Below, piece after piece: positions 28,883 to 38,244 of a DNA stretch of 64,000 nt. How positions within the stretch are numbered: position 1 is the stretch's first letter; each line of letters begins with the position of its first letter. The stretch is from an uncultured cyanobacterium (GTDB taxonomy: Bacteria; Cyanobacteriota; Cyanobacteriia; Phormidesmidales; Phormidesmidaceae). A program made the position numbers and the translations under genes. The DNA is taken from the NCBI GenBank assembly GCA_963793265.1, contig CAWBZI010000002.1:512001-576000 (forward strand), written 5' to 3'. The notes under the pieces are model-generated. The model searched no databases, was not told where the DNA came from, and saw only the letters and a list, made by a program, of their open reading frames with translations.

Positions 28883-29737
28883 CTATTCTTCTGTCGTCAA
28901 ATACAGCTTAGGATTTGGCTTCGGCGCTTCTGCCGCTTCGCCCTGTGGCTCAGGATTCTCAATATACCTAAATTCTCCTTTACCATCAGGCGTAGGCCCT
29001 TTAGCCCATTGACCTTCCTTACTTTCAGTTCCTTCAGAAAGATTCCAGAAAGTATAAGACGCCTCCTGCTTCTCCAAATCTTGAGGGAACTTACTAGGGA
29101 CAGGTAAGCCTTCTAGACCGTCATCTTTAAGTTCTTCAACAGCAGCTAGCCATTGATTTTGGTGCATGGTGTCACGCGCAATCATGTAGCTCAGCGTATC
29201 TTTCACACCAGGATCATCAGATAGCTCATACATCCGCACAGCCTGCAATCTCCCCTGCGCTTCGGCCTGAATGTTGGAATAAAAATCCGCCATCAGGTTA
29301 CCAGAAGCCACAATGTAATTACCATTCCACGGATAGCCAACGCTATCAGCAGGCAGCGCGCCACCACCAGACATTATGGCGTGCTTTGGATTCATGCTCG
29401 CCATAATGATGTCTTCTGTTTTCATGCCGCCCATTACCCCTTCAACAATCGGGTCGAGGGCTGCTTTTTCCTGAGCCTCTATAGGTGCTTTATCGACCAG
29501 GCAGGCAATCAGGTTAGCCAGCATCTCAATATGGCCAATTTCCTCGGTACCAATATCTAGCATCATATCTTTGTACTTAGCCGGGCCGCGACAGTTCCAG
29601 CCTTGAAAGAGATACTGCATCATGACTGACATTTCGCCAAAGGGGCCGCCAATTAGCTCTTGGAGCTGCTTGGCATAGATGGCGTCTGGCTTATCTGGCT
29701 TCGTGAAATATTGAAGCCTTTTCTTGTGGTAAAACAT
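28883..29737 (-). CDS. Manganese catalase
   Basis: 'GG.FGEM', 'DIGTEEIGHIE', 'AEAQGR', 'ARDTMHQ'. Confidence 0.92.
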   Translation of the reverse strand: MFYHKKRLQYFTKPDKPDAIYAKQLQELIGGPFGEMSVMMQYLFQGWNCRGPAKYKDMMLDIGTEEIGHIEMLANLIACLVDKAPIEAQEKAALDPIVEGVMGGMKTEDIIMASMNPKHAIMSGGGALPADSVGYPWNGNYIVASGNLMADFYSNIQAEAQGRLQAVRMYELSDDPGVKDTLSYMIARDTMHQNQWLAAVEELKDDGLEGLPVPSKFPQDLEKQEASYTFWNLSEGTESKEGQWAKGPTPDGKGEFRYIENPEPQGEAAEAPKPNPKLYLTTEE

Positions 29738-30050
29738 TTAGGTTTGTTGTAAGTTCGACAATAGAAAGATGTCGATTGTTGACGACTCTTTCTTTCTGTA
29801 ATGGTGGTCGAAACAACAAAGGCTTTCCTCATCCTAACTCTAGAGCTAGCCGCTAATTCTCTCTTGCTAAAGCGCGAACAGTATGCAATCCAATGGCCGA
29901 CAGTCTAAAAGCGTATGCCAAAAGCGGGCTGAGTCTATCTTTCAGACTATCTCTACCATTGGCGATAGCTCATCTATGCCTATTGTCAGACGAAAAGCGC
30001 GTTTTTTAGGCACTAAAGTGATACCTGTTAAAAGACGAGGAACCCCCTTT

Positions 30051-30443
30051 ATGACGAACCTATTTAGCGCGATTATCGCCAAAGTATCTGCCGCTGCTCG
30101 ATATCTTTTTGGCCTGTGTAGTGCGCGATCGCTTCAACGCTTCGTATCGCTAGCTTTCGTCGGCTTGTTCTTACTCACTACCAGCGTCGATACGGCTGAT
30201 CTTAAGCCTAGCACCAAGGCAATGCTGAACGATATGATTGCGCGGGGTGAAGAAGGTAGGCCCGTAACGACTGGGCAGTGGCAGGCTGAAAACGAAAAGC
30301 TACAGGGTCAGCCCGCTAAGCAAGCTAAAAGAATCGCCAAGGAGTCAGCAGACGCCGTAGGTGAGATGGGCGAAATCTATCCTGGTAATGTTAAGACCCT
30401 GACGCCTGGTTTGGAGAATGAGACGCTAGAGTCTGACGACTAA
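30051..30443 (+). CDS. Hypothetical protein with one hydrophobic segment
   Basis: ATG at 30051, TM or signal segment, then 'RPVTTGQWQ...KES.DA' hydrophilic region. Confidence 0.55.
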   Translation: MTNLFSAIIAKVSAAARYLFGLCSARSLQRFVSLAFVGLFLLTTSVDTADLKPSTKAMLNDMIARGEEGRPVTTGQWQAENEKLQGQPAKQAKRIAKESADAVGEMGEIYPGNVKTLTPGLENETLESDD

Positions 30444-30539
30444 ATAAGAGTTGGTCGGTAATAGCGAAATTTGCTGCCGGAGGGCGTAAGACCTTACGCC
30501 CCTACAGCATATTCCGTTTCCGTAGGGGCGTAAGGCTTT

Positions 30540-30778
30540 CATTGGTGTCAACTTAAGCATGTATCCCTTGTGGCGTAAGCTGCTCAGCCCTCATCCTAAA
30601 TCCTTCTCCCGAGGGGAGAAGGACTTCAGAGTCCGGGTTCCCTTCTCCCCTCGGGAAAACGCACTATGCTACCAAGGTGTCACTAAGTTGTGTCTTTAAA
30701 GGGCTAGGGATGAGGGCTACGAAACGTATGCTGAACACCTATGACTGCAAGCATTTCAGCCTTAAGTTGACACCAATG
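30540..30778. mobile_element. Non-autonomous MITE, 239 bp
   Basis: Perfect 18-bp TIRs CATTGGTGTCAACTTAAG / CTTAAGTTGACACCAATG; 8-bp direct repeat AAGGCTTT at 30532-30539 and 30779-30786; no transposase ORF. Confidence 0.88.
30586..30718. repeat. CCCTCATCC/GGGAGAAGG double-hairpin repeat inside the MITE
   Basis: 30586-30626 is the exact 41-bp reverse complement of 48303-48343; outer IR AGCCCTCATCC/GGATGAGGGCT. Confidence 0.8.
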
Positions 30779-30830
30779 AAGGCTTTGCGCCCTCCGGCTG
30801 GCTTTACGACCCCCCCACAAAATCCCAAAA

Positions 30831-31265
30831 TCAATTGACGTGCTTGTCAATAATACGCGCTAGCTCCGGCACAGCAATCACCACATCCTGCTTCACCGAC
30901 TTGCGCAGCTTTTTATAAGAAGCGCCCACAATGCCACCGCCATTATTCGCAATCCGAGCGTCCGTAGCGCTCAAAATAACATCAGCCGTGCGATTGCTAT
31001 TCTCACTCAGATACGTCACCGGATCGCCATGCGCCACGCCCTCTTGCCACATCGGATTGAGCGCCGCCATCGCTTCAGGCAGTAGCCGCTTTACCGCTCC
31101 TGGAATGTAATCACCCCCTAGCCCTTTAACAACGCCATAGGTGGCCTTGAGCGCCATTCCAGACAAGCCGCTCTTAGCCGCCACCTGATCGTCGATCAGG
31201 TGGGTACAGTCTGCGGCAATGCCGTTGCGAATAGCGTTGTCTTTTATCTTGTCGGTGAGTTCCAT
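30831..31265 (-). CDS. Hypothetical protein (DUF6918-like)
   Basis: 'LIDDQVAAKSGLSGMALKATY', 'ADVILSATDAR', 'AVPELARII'. Confidence 0.6.
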   Translation of the reverse strand: MELTDKIKDNAIRNGIAADCTHLIDDQVAAKSGLSGMALKATYGVVKGLGGDYIPGAVKRLLPEAMAALNPMWQEGVAHGDPVTYLSENSNRTADVILSATDARIANNGGGIVGASYKKLRKSVKQDVVIAVPELARIIDKHVN

Positions 31266-31431
31266 ATCAGGTGCGATGATAGCCAGAAAAATATACTATT
31301 CTTTTGAACGCTTCAAGCAAGTAGTAGAATCGTCCGGGAAATTGTGGTGCAAAACGCTTAATAAAGCGCTTGCTGTAAAGACTGATGGACATACCGCTAC
31401 GTTCCCTGACGCATCGCTGACACATGCTCAG

Positions 31432-31893
31432 CTAAACAGGATAGTCCACTCTAAATATTTTCTCAGCCGGTTTAGCCCCTGCCAGCTTGTCCCAGTTAAT
31501 CTCTTCTAAAAACTCTTCAGGCGCGGCAGTTTCTACAACATCTACGCCCCATTCCCCCGTTTGCAGCGATGGCGGTTCGCCAGTGGGCGGGGTTGTCTTT
31601 TCTCCGCCCAGCGCCATCACACAAAAATTGCTTTTCCTGTGAGCTTTGCGGTAGGCCCCTAAAGTCTCTGCGCAAAGTTGGCCTACCGCTTCAGGCGTCA
31701 GCTCACTCGTTTGATAGTGCACCTCAACGACCCAGTGGGGGCTTTCAATCGGGTTGCAGCTCACAGCTGACTTGTCTGCGAGTCCTTTCGTAAAAACGTC
31801 GGCAAATTCTTCTCTGTTTAAAGGATGAACCTCCCCTTCAGTGAGCGCAAAATTGTGAGAGAGCAGCATTCGGCCATCGAGGTTATCTGTCAT
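31432..31893 (-). CDS. DUF2656-family protein
   Basis: 'RMLLSHNF', 'PHW', 'LGG.K', 'LQ.GEWGVDVVET'; ATG at 31893. Confidence 0.7.
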   Translation of the reverse strand: MTDNLDGRMLLSHNFALTEGEVHPLNREEFADVFTKGLADKSAVSCNPIESPHWVVEVHYQTSELTPEAVGQLCAETLGAYRKAHRKSNFCVMALGGEKTTPPTGEPPSLQTGEWGVDVVETAAPEEFLEEINWDKLAGAKPAEKIFRVDYPV

Positions 31894-32046
31894 AGTGAGT
31901 CGTTGGTCAAAAGGTGTACAAAGCCTGTATATACAAGAATTGTGTAATAGCTTATCTGCTTTTGCGCGTCGTGACACCTCCCTAGCGAGACGACCTGCCG
32001 CCGTAACAGGTTCATTATTCGGTTTATCTACCTTGCAAAAGTCTCC

Positions 32047-33414
32047 ATGAAAGCATCGATTTTTCGGCCTAATTTTCCTTTTTCGCCTGCCAAATTCCCC
32101 GTTTTCTACGGCTGGGCCATTCTCGTTGCCAGTGTCTTAGGCGTGATGACAAGCATCCCCGGCCAAACTATCGGCGTGAGCGTTTTTACCGATCGCTTGA
32201 TTGAGGCAACCGGGCTCTCACGATTGGCGCTATCAAATGCTTACTTAGTCGGTACGCTCACTAGCGGATGCTTGCTGCCGTTTGGCGGTAAGCTGCTTGA
32301 TCGGCTGGGGGCAAGGCGGGTGGTAGTATTGGCCTCTGTGGGACTCGGCCTGACGCTGTGCTATTTAACGGTGTGCGATCGCCTCTCCCTCCTCTTTGCC
32401 ACCTTCCTCCCCTTTTCCTCACCCCCTATCGCCGCCGTTCTTCTCGTCCTCGGCTTTGTCAGCCTGCGCTTTTGCGGTCAGGGAATGCTCACCATGACCA
32501 GTCGCACCATGCTCGGCAAATGGTTTGAGCGCAATCGTGGTCGGGTGTCTGGGATTGAAGGAATTTTTGTGGCGTTTGGATTTTCGATTGCGCCTAAGTT
32601 TTTTAGCTGGGCGATCGCACTTGTCGGCTGGCGAGCCACCTGGCTCACGCTAGCGGCAATTGTGGGCTTAGGCATGAGCACTATCGGCTGGCTGCTGTTT
32701 CGCGACAATCCTGAAGTCTGCGGCCTACAAATGGACGGTGATTCAGCGCCTTTTTCAGAAGAGTCTCAAGATGAAGATCCCCACTCGACCGCTCAGCCTG
32801 AGCCAGTTAACAAAATGTGGGGCGTGACTCGCAGCCAGGCTATCAAAACCCTCGCTTTTTGGGCGGTGACGCTAGCGTTTGCCGCTCAGGCGCTTTCAAT
32901 TACTGGCATTACCTTTCATATTGTCAGCATCGGTGCAGAGTCAGGAATTGCCGAAGCAGATATGGTAAATATTTTTGTGCCGATTGCGCTGGTTTCTACC
33001 GTGGTGGGTTTTGTTGTTGGGCTGGTGTGCGATCGCGTTCGGCTTCAGTTCATTTTTATGTTCATGATGGTGGCTCAAGCGATGGGGATTGCAGCTATTG
33101 CAAACTTAGACATTGCTTGGATGATTGTGCCAGCAACAATCGGTCTTGGCATTAGCGGCGGCTGCTTTGGCACGCTCACAACCGTTGTGCTGCCCCGGTT
33201 TTTTGGTCGGGCGCATTTGGGCGCAATTTCTGGTGTGCAGATGATGATGGTTGTGATTGCCAGTGCGATTGGGCCGTCGCTCTTAGCTAATGTAGAGGCG
33301 GTAACTGGCTCGTATACCGGGGCGCTTTATGGCTGCTGTTTGTTTGCCCCGGTGGTGATTACTTTGATGGTGTTTGTGCGATCGCCCTACCCTATCGCGC
33401 GCAGTAACGCGTAA
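32047..33414 (+). CDS. MFS transporter
   Basis: About 12 TMs, motif A 'GKLLDRLGAR', 'FYGW' N-terminus. Confidence 0.9.
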   Translation: MKASIFRPNFPFSPAKFPVFYGWAILVASVLGVMTSIPGQTIGVSVFTDRLIEATGLSRLALSNAYLVGTLTSGCLLPFGGKLLDRLGARRVVVLASVGLGLTLCYLTVCDRLSLLFATFLPFSSPPIAAVLLVLGFVSLRFCGQGMLTMTSRTMLGKWFERNRGRVSGIEGIFVAFGFSIAPKFFSWAIALVGWRATWLTLAAIVGLGMSTIGWLLFRDNPEVCGLQMDGDSAPFSEESQDEDPHSTAQPEPVNKMWGVTRSQAIKTLAFWAVTLAFAAQALSITGITFHIVSIGAESGIAEADMVNIFVPIALVSTVVGFVVGLVCDRVRLQFIFMFMMVAQAMGIAAIANLDIAWMIVPATIGLGISGGCFGTLTTVVLPRFFGRAHLGAISGVQMMMVVIASAIGPSLLANVEAVTGSYTGALYGCCLFAPVVITLMVFVRSPYPIARSNA

Positions 33415-33446
33415 TTTTTAGTAGCTGGTAAGGCGATCTTATATCT

Positions 33447-34013
33447 CTACGCCGCCCGTTTTACACCCCAGCCTTTAGAAACAGCGAGGCTCATACCCGC
33501 TAGGCCCATCAACAAAGCGCCCGTAGCACCTGGCTCAGGAACAGACTGTGCCGACGCCGCGGTGAGTGAGTAGCTGCTAAAGCGGAAAGCTTCTGCTGTG
33601 CGAATAGGCGTGTCTATATCGAGATAGCCAGCGTCTGCAAAAGATCGCTCGGCTGTGTTGAACAAAGAGAATCCGACCTCGCCACCGCCATCAGCACGCA
33701 AGTCTCCGATTGCAAAAGAAGCAAAGCCACCGTCTAGCGCGAGCGTAGAATCAAAAGCAAGTCCGCTAGGAGAGAACTCAACCGGCATTCCAGCCGTGTT
33801 GGTAAGCGACGAAGACGCCACGTCTGTAATCGATAAGATGTTGCCGTCGCTTGCAAGGTCACCGTTCAGCAGCGCCGAAAAAGTGGTGCCGTCATCAAAC
33901 ATATAAGAGAAGTTGAAAGAAGCGGCCTGTGCGGCGGCGCTATAGAATGCCACTAAGCTTACTGAAGTGCAGCCTACAGCTAGGAGCTTAGCGAGCGATT
34001 TAGATAAGGTCAT
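33447..34013 (-). CDS. PEP-CTERM sorting-domain secreted protein
   Basis: Signal peptide ending 'AAQA-ASF'; C-terminal 'VPEPG' plus hydrophobic helix and basic tail; ATG at 34013. Confidence 0.85.
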   Translation of the reverse strand: MTLSKSLAKLLAVGCTSVSLVAFYSAAAQAASFNFSYMFDDGTTFSALLNGDLASDGNILSITDVASSSLTNTAGMPVEFSPSGLAFDSTLALDGGFASFAIGDLRADGGGEVGFSLFNTAERSFADAGYLDIDTPIRTAEAFRFSSYSLTAASAQSVPEPGATGALLMGLAGMSLAVSKGWGVKRAA

Positions 34014-34418
34014 GTTGTATAGAAATCCTGGATATTGAAAGCGGAATAAAAGATGCATTTGTTTTCGCATCATGCCCGCACTATAATCAATATCTCCTGT
34101 TATAGGCTGGGGGATACGCAGAGATTTCATCGCAAGTTTATGAAACCGGTCTGTGAATACAAGAGATTACGGGAGCTGTGCCCGTAGTGATACGTGGAGT
34201 CTATTGTCTTATTTTAACAGTAGGATATGTAGTGATACGGACAGCCTTGGCTGATGAATAGTCTTTTTTGATACTAATTTTGCACTTTGACTATTGAGAA
34301 ATACTGTAAGGCGCGATCGCAGCCTCTCTTTTCAGCAATTCAAACAGGATACTGAGTTCTGTCCTAAGTAAATTTAGGAAAGCATCCGTTCTTGTACAAA
34401 GCTTTAAACTCGACCAGT

Positions 34419-35267
34419 TTATACCTGTGAGGCAAACCAATCTATTAGCTTGTGAGCAATGCTCAGCTCGCCCGGCACAGGCGGTAGCTCAGTTTTATTA
34501 AACCAGTCAGCAGCTTCAATTTCGGTAGGTTCAGGCGTAATCGTGCCGCTAGCGTATTCAGCCGTAAAACCAACCATCAGAGAATTTGGAAAAGGCCAAG
34601 GCTGAGAGCCAAAGTAGCGAATGTTTTTCACCTCAAGACCCACTTCCTCTTTCACTTCGCGCGCGACTGTTTCTTCTAATGACTCGCCCGGTTCAACAAA
34701 GCCTGCTAGCACGCTATACATGCCGTTGCGAAAGCGAGGAGCCCGAGCGAGTAAAAGCTGTTCTCCTTTATAGACAAGCATAATCACTGCCGGAGACAGG
34801 CGAGGATACTGTCTGAGGTTGCAGTTGGGGCAGCGTTTGGCACGTTCGGTCGGAAGCTGAATAGTCGGTGTGGCACAGTGACCGCAGTATTGATGGGTGC
34901 GATCCCATTCGGTGATTTGAACGGCGCGAGCAGCGATCGTAAACAAATCATCTTTCAGCACACCATGCAGCTTACGCAAAGGTTGAAAATCCGTACCTGG
35001 CGGCAGTATGACCTCTTTAGGTAGCTCAGCGGCGATGCAAGGGTGATTGTTGAGATAGCCTAGAAATTGACTTCTTACAGGTTCAATATCTAGACTTTTT
35101 AAGCGATCGCCCACAGGAATCGAACAATTTCCATCAGAAGTCACAACAAGTAATTCAGAACCACGACAGCAGAACCACCAGGCAGGCAAATCGACTTCAA
35201 CCTGCTGATGAGGTTCGGTCGCCGGAACAAAACTCACAGGAATTGCAAAGGGCTGAGGGAGAATCAA
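34419..35267 (-). CDS. nudC: NAD(+) diphosphatase
   Basis: Zn ribbon CGHC/CPNC, Nudix box 'GFVEPGESLEETVAREVKEEVG', SQPWPFP. Confidence 0.92.
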   Translation of the reverse strand: MILPQPFAIPVSFVPATEPHQQVEVDLPAWWFCCRGSELLVVTSDGNCSIPVGDRLKSLDIEPVRSQFLGYLNNHPCIAAELPKEVILPPGTDFQPLRKLHGVLKDDLFTIAARAVQITEWDRTHQYCGHCATPTIQLPTERAKRCPNCNLRQYPRLSPAVIMLVYKGEQLLLARAPRFRNGMYSVLAGFVEPGESLEETVAREVKEEVGLEVKNIRYFGSQPWPFPNSLMVGFTAEYASGTITPEPTEIEAADWFNKTELPPVPGELSIAHKLIDWFASQV

Positions 35268-35806
35268 TTAAACGCCCTCCAGGTAAGGCTAATGCGCGGC
35301 CCGACACCCTTTTGTTTTTTAATCGCGTGTACCCATTTATCTTGCACGTCTGAGCCCATATAAAGCATCGATCCAGGCTGTAGCATAAACGCTTTTTGAA
35401 TTGTTTTATCTGCCTTAGTCCGATACGTCAGCTTGCGAGGATAACCCAGTGAAACAATCGCCACGCCTGTACCCGGCTGCAAATCGCTCGTATCGTCAGC
35501 GTGAAAACCCATTTTGCTCTGGCCCGTCTCATAAAAGTTGAGCAGGCAGTTGTTGAACTTTACGCCCAGCGTTTTGTATAGCTGATTGACCACAGGAATC
35601 AAAGCCTCGTGCATCGGGACAGCAGGGTAGGTCATTTGAGCGTAATTGTAAGGTACGCCAAAGGAGGCGGTACGACGCGCGGCCATGCTGCCTTCCCATT
35701 TAATTGTTTTACGCAGCGTGTCAAACAGCGTCATCTGATCGGGAATGAAGCCATTGTCTATGCGCAGTTTTAACGGTGGGTGAGCGAGTGGAGCGGTCGA
35801 CGGCAT
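35264..35806 (-). CDS. AlkB-like 2OG-Fe(II) dioxygenase
   Basis: 'NCLLNFY', 'HADD', 'VSLG', 'WVHAI', 'RISLTWR'. Confidence 0.85.
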   Translation of the reverse strand: MPSTAPLAHPPLKLRIDNGFIPDQMTLFDTLRKTIKWEGSMAARRTASFGVPYNYAQMTYPAVPMHEALIPVVNQLYKTLGVKFNNCLLNFYETGQSKMGFHADDTSDLQPGTGVAIVSLGYPRKLTYRTKADKTIQKAFMLQPGSMLYMGSDVQDKWVHAIKKQKGVGPRISLTWRAFN

Positions 35807-35870
35807 GGGGTGATTCTTTGTGAACTCAAGATTATTAGGCGTCCTGAAATGCTATCAGATCGCACTAGCC

Positions 35871-36845
35871 CTACAATCCGGGCGTAGCGATTAGATTAGA
35901 AAGCGTTATTTCCCACACCAGTCGAGGCTGAACGTAGGCCAGTAAGTAGCCTCGGGCTTTTTCTAGCGCCGCAATTGTCTCTTCACCCACAGCGCCCTGC
36001 TGCCAATACCGATGCTGTAAATAGTCCAGCAGCCAAAGCTGAGCTTCGGTATCTAGCGCCTGATTGATATCGCGCGCGATTTCGAGGGCGTCTCGCAACC
36101 GTACCGGAGGCTTGGCGAGCTGAGAAAGTAGCGCTGGCGGTAGTGCCTGTAGCTGCTCCCAGCTTTCGATAGCGCGACCGGGAGAGCCCTGGGCGATCGC
36201 TAACACCTCAGCCGACTGCAAAATCTCATGATGACCCTGCCGCGAAAGCACCTCAACCATCTGCTCACCGTTGAGCCGACGAAAAGGAATCGCCTGACAG
36301 CGAGAAATCAGTGTCGGCAGCAGCGCCTGCTGATCGGGGGCCATCAAAATAACCGAGGCGTTTCCCGGCTCTTCCAAAGTCTTCAGCAGGCCATTAGCCG
36401 CCGCTTCTGCCATTCGCTCGCCCTGCTCAATCACCACGACTGATCTAGGCGACTCTAGCGGCGGACGGCTCAAAAAACGCGCAATATCACGAATTTGAGG
36501 CAGCCGAATGCGGGGTGGGCTTTTACGCTTGAGCCCTGCTGTCGCCGCCTGGCTTGGCGTCAAAAGATTGCCGTTATGGAGGTAGGTAGGCTCTACCCAA
36601 AGGAGATCTGGGTGGTTGCGATCGCGAATCCGCCGCCTCAAAACATCCGCCGCGCCAGCGCCCACAGACCGCAGCAACATTTCAGCAAACCCAGTCGCTG
36701 CCAAAGACTTCCCCGTACCTGCCGGGCCAACAAACAAATATCCCGGCGCAATCCGGTCTAATGCCACTGCGCGTTCTAATAGATGAACGGCCTGCGTTTG
36801 ACCTACCAAATCGGCAAAAGGGCTTAAGGAGATGGAGGATACCAC
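35871..36845 (-). CDS. holB: DNA polymerase III subunit delta'
   Basis: 'GPAGTGKS', 'HPDLLWVEP', 'AANGLLKTLEEP', 'LPTLISRCQ'; follows tmk. Confidence 0.9.
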   Translation of the reverse strand: MVSSISLSPFADLVGQTQAVHLLERAVALDRIAPGYLFVGPAGTGKSLAATGFAEMLLRSVGAGAADVLRRRIRDRNHPDLLWVEPTYLHNGNLLTPSQAATAGLKRKSPPRIRLPQIRDIARFLSRPPLESPRSVVVIEQGERMAEAAANGLLKTLEEPGNASVILMAPDQQALLPTLISRCQAIPFRRLNGEQMVEVLSRQGHHEILQSAEVLAIAQGSPGRAIESWEQLQALPPALLSQLAKPPVRLRDALEIARDINQALDTEAQLWLLDYLQHRYWQQGAVGEETIAALEKARGYLLAYVQPRLVWEITLSNLIATPGL

Positions 36846-37552
36846 TGGGCGACTCGCTGCTGAAAAACTTGCTGAACGTGAGCGGCCACAACGTCTTCTG
36901 AAAAATGACCGTCAATTTCTACTATAGGCCCGCTGCTGTAGGCATTAACGATGTGGCCCTGCGCAGGTTTCGCTAACTGGGCAAAGCCCTCATGTACCCG
37001 CTGATGAAACGACTGAGCCTGCTGCTCCATCCGATCGGCGCGGGCGCGCTGACGCATTCTATCAAGCCCTACCGCTGCCGAAACGTTTAGCCATAGCGTC
37101 AGGTCGCTGTTGAGCCCGCCAGTCGCGATTTCGTTGAGCTGATGGATTAGCGCCAAATCAAGCTGACGGCCATAGCCCTGGTAGGCCACCGTGGAATCTG
37201 TGTAGCGATCGCACAGCACCCAATACCCTGCTTCTAGCCACGGCCTCAGCGTTTCCTCAACGTGCTGAGCCCGGTCGGCGGCATACAGCAGCAGCTCGGT
37301 TCTGCTAGCGATGGGAGCCTGAGGCGAGGGGCGATCGCTCAGCAGCAATGTTCTAACCTGCGTACCTAAAGCAGTACCGCCCGGTTCGCGCGTAAGCTTT
37401 ATACCGGCAACTTTTCGCTCGGCAATTAGTGTCTGAGTAGGCTTGTGCTCACTTAGCCAAACCTGAAGTCGGTTGATTTGAGTCGTTTTACCACTGCCTT
37501 CGCCACCTTCAAAAACAATCAGCTTCCCCCGCATCGCCTGCTCTTTTTGCAT
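36824..37552 (-). CDS. tmk: Thymidylate kinase
   Basis: 'FEGGEGSGKTT', 'REPGGT', 'LYAADRAQH', 'DRYTDSTVAYQG'. Confidence 0.93.
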   Translation of the reverse strand: MQKEQAMRGKLIVFEGGEGSGKTTQINRLQVWLSEHKPTQTLIAERKVAGIKLTREPGGTALGTQVRTLLLSDRPSPQAPIASRTELLLYAADRAQHVEETLRPWLEAGYWVLCDRYTDSTVAYQGYGRQLDLALIHQLNEIATGGLNSDLTLWLNVSAAVGLDRMRQRARADRMEQQAQSFHQRVHEGFAQLAKPAQGHIVNAYSSGPIVEIDGHFSEDVVAAHVQQVFQQRVAQWYPPSP

Positions 37553-37721
37553 AATTCCTCTAAACCGCGCTGTCTTTGTTTATACTCGCGCTAAAAACGC
37601 CCCCTATTCCCTATTGAGAGAAACAAAGGTATCCTAATCAATGATCCTTGCTAGGATAGCAGGCGTGCATCCGCAGCTTTCATCACACCTGTGTCTAAAT
37701 TTTGTCGCCTCGTAATGCTCT

Positions 37722-38081
37722 ATGGCTCGCTACACCAATTTCTTCATGACCCGTTCTTCGCAAGAAGCAATTAGTCACTCCCTCGTTAGCGCGCTGGAGG
37801 CTTGCGATCTCAATCTGGTCTACCAAGACCCGGTTTGCATTGTGGCCAAAGAGCGGCCTGGGCAGGTATCTTTTGCTCAGCTCGCAACCGTAGAGTTATT
37901 GATTAGCCCGCCCACAATAGAGAGCGGCGGCTCAAAAATTGATTTGGTGGTCAAAAACGAAGAGCTTCCCTTAAGAGCGCAAAACCACTGTAAGGAAGTA
38001 TTCTCACAGATAAACCAGGCTATATCAGACGCTAACGATCCTGAAAAAAACAGCGCACCGAGCGATAGCATTGCCAGTTAG
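37722..38081 (+). CDS. Conserved cyanobacterial hypothetical protein
   Basis: 'MARYT', 'A.E.PGQV.F.QL.TVE.LI', 'KNEELPL..NHC'. Confidence 0.7.
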   Translation: MARYTNFFMTRSSQEAISHSLVSALEACDLNLVYQDPVCIVAKERPGQVSFAQLATVELLISPPTIESGGSKIDLVVKNEELPLRAQNHCKEVFSQINQAISDANDPEKNSAPSDSIAS

Positions 38082-38244
38082 ATCAGGTTTGAGTACTCAG
38101 AAGTTTGTTTCTAAAGCTGTACGTCTATAGCTATAGAACTGTTGACATTTGGCTTCGATCAGGCGAGAACGCGATAGGCTAACACAAGCTACAGCAGCGG
38201 CTAAGCAACTTGTAGTAGCGCTGGTTTTTGGAGGATTGTGCGTC

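Larger units (their letters stand above)
30476..30798. repeat. Inverted doublet of GTAG-type REP-like palindromes (REPIN-like), second arm interrupted by a MITE
   Basis: GCCGGAGGGCGTAAGACCTTACGCCCCTAC (30476-30505) is the near reverse complement (3 mismatches) of GTAGGGGCGTAAGGCTTT|GCGCCCTCCGGC once the MITE is removed. Confidence 0.75.

Noticed and set aside
30476..30798. CRISPR-like array
   Set aside because: The repeats are inverted and nested, not regularly spaced direct repeats, and there are no cas genes
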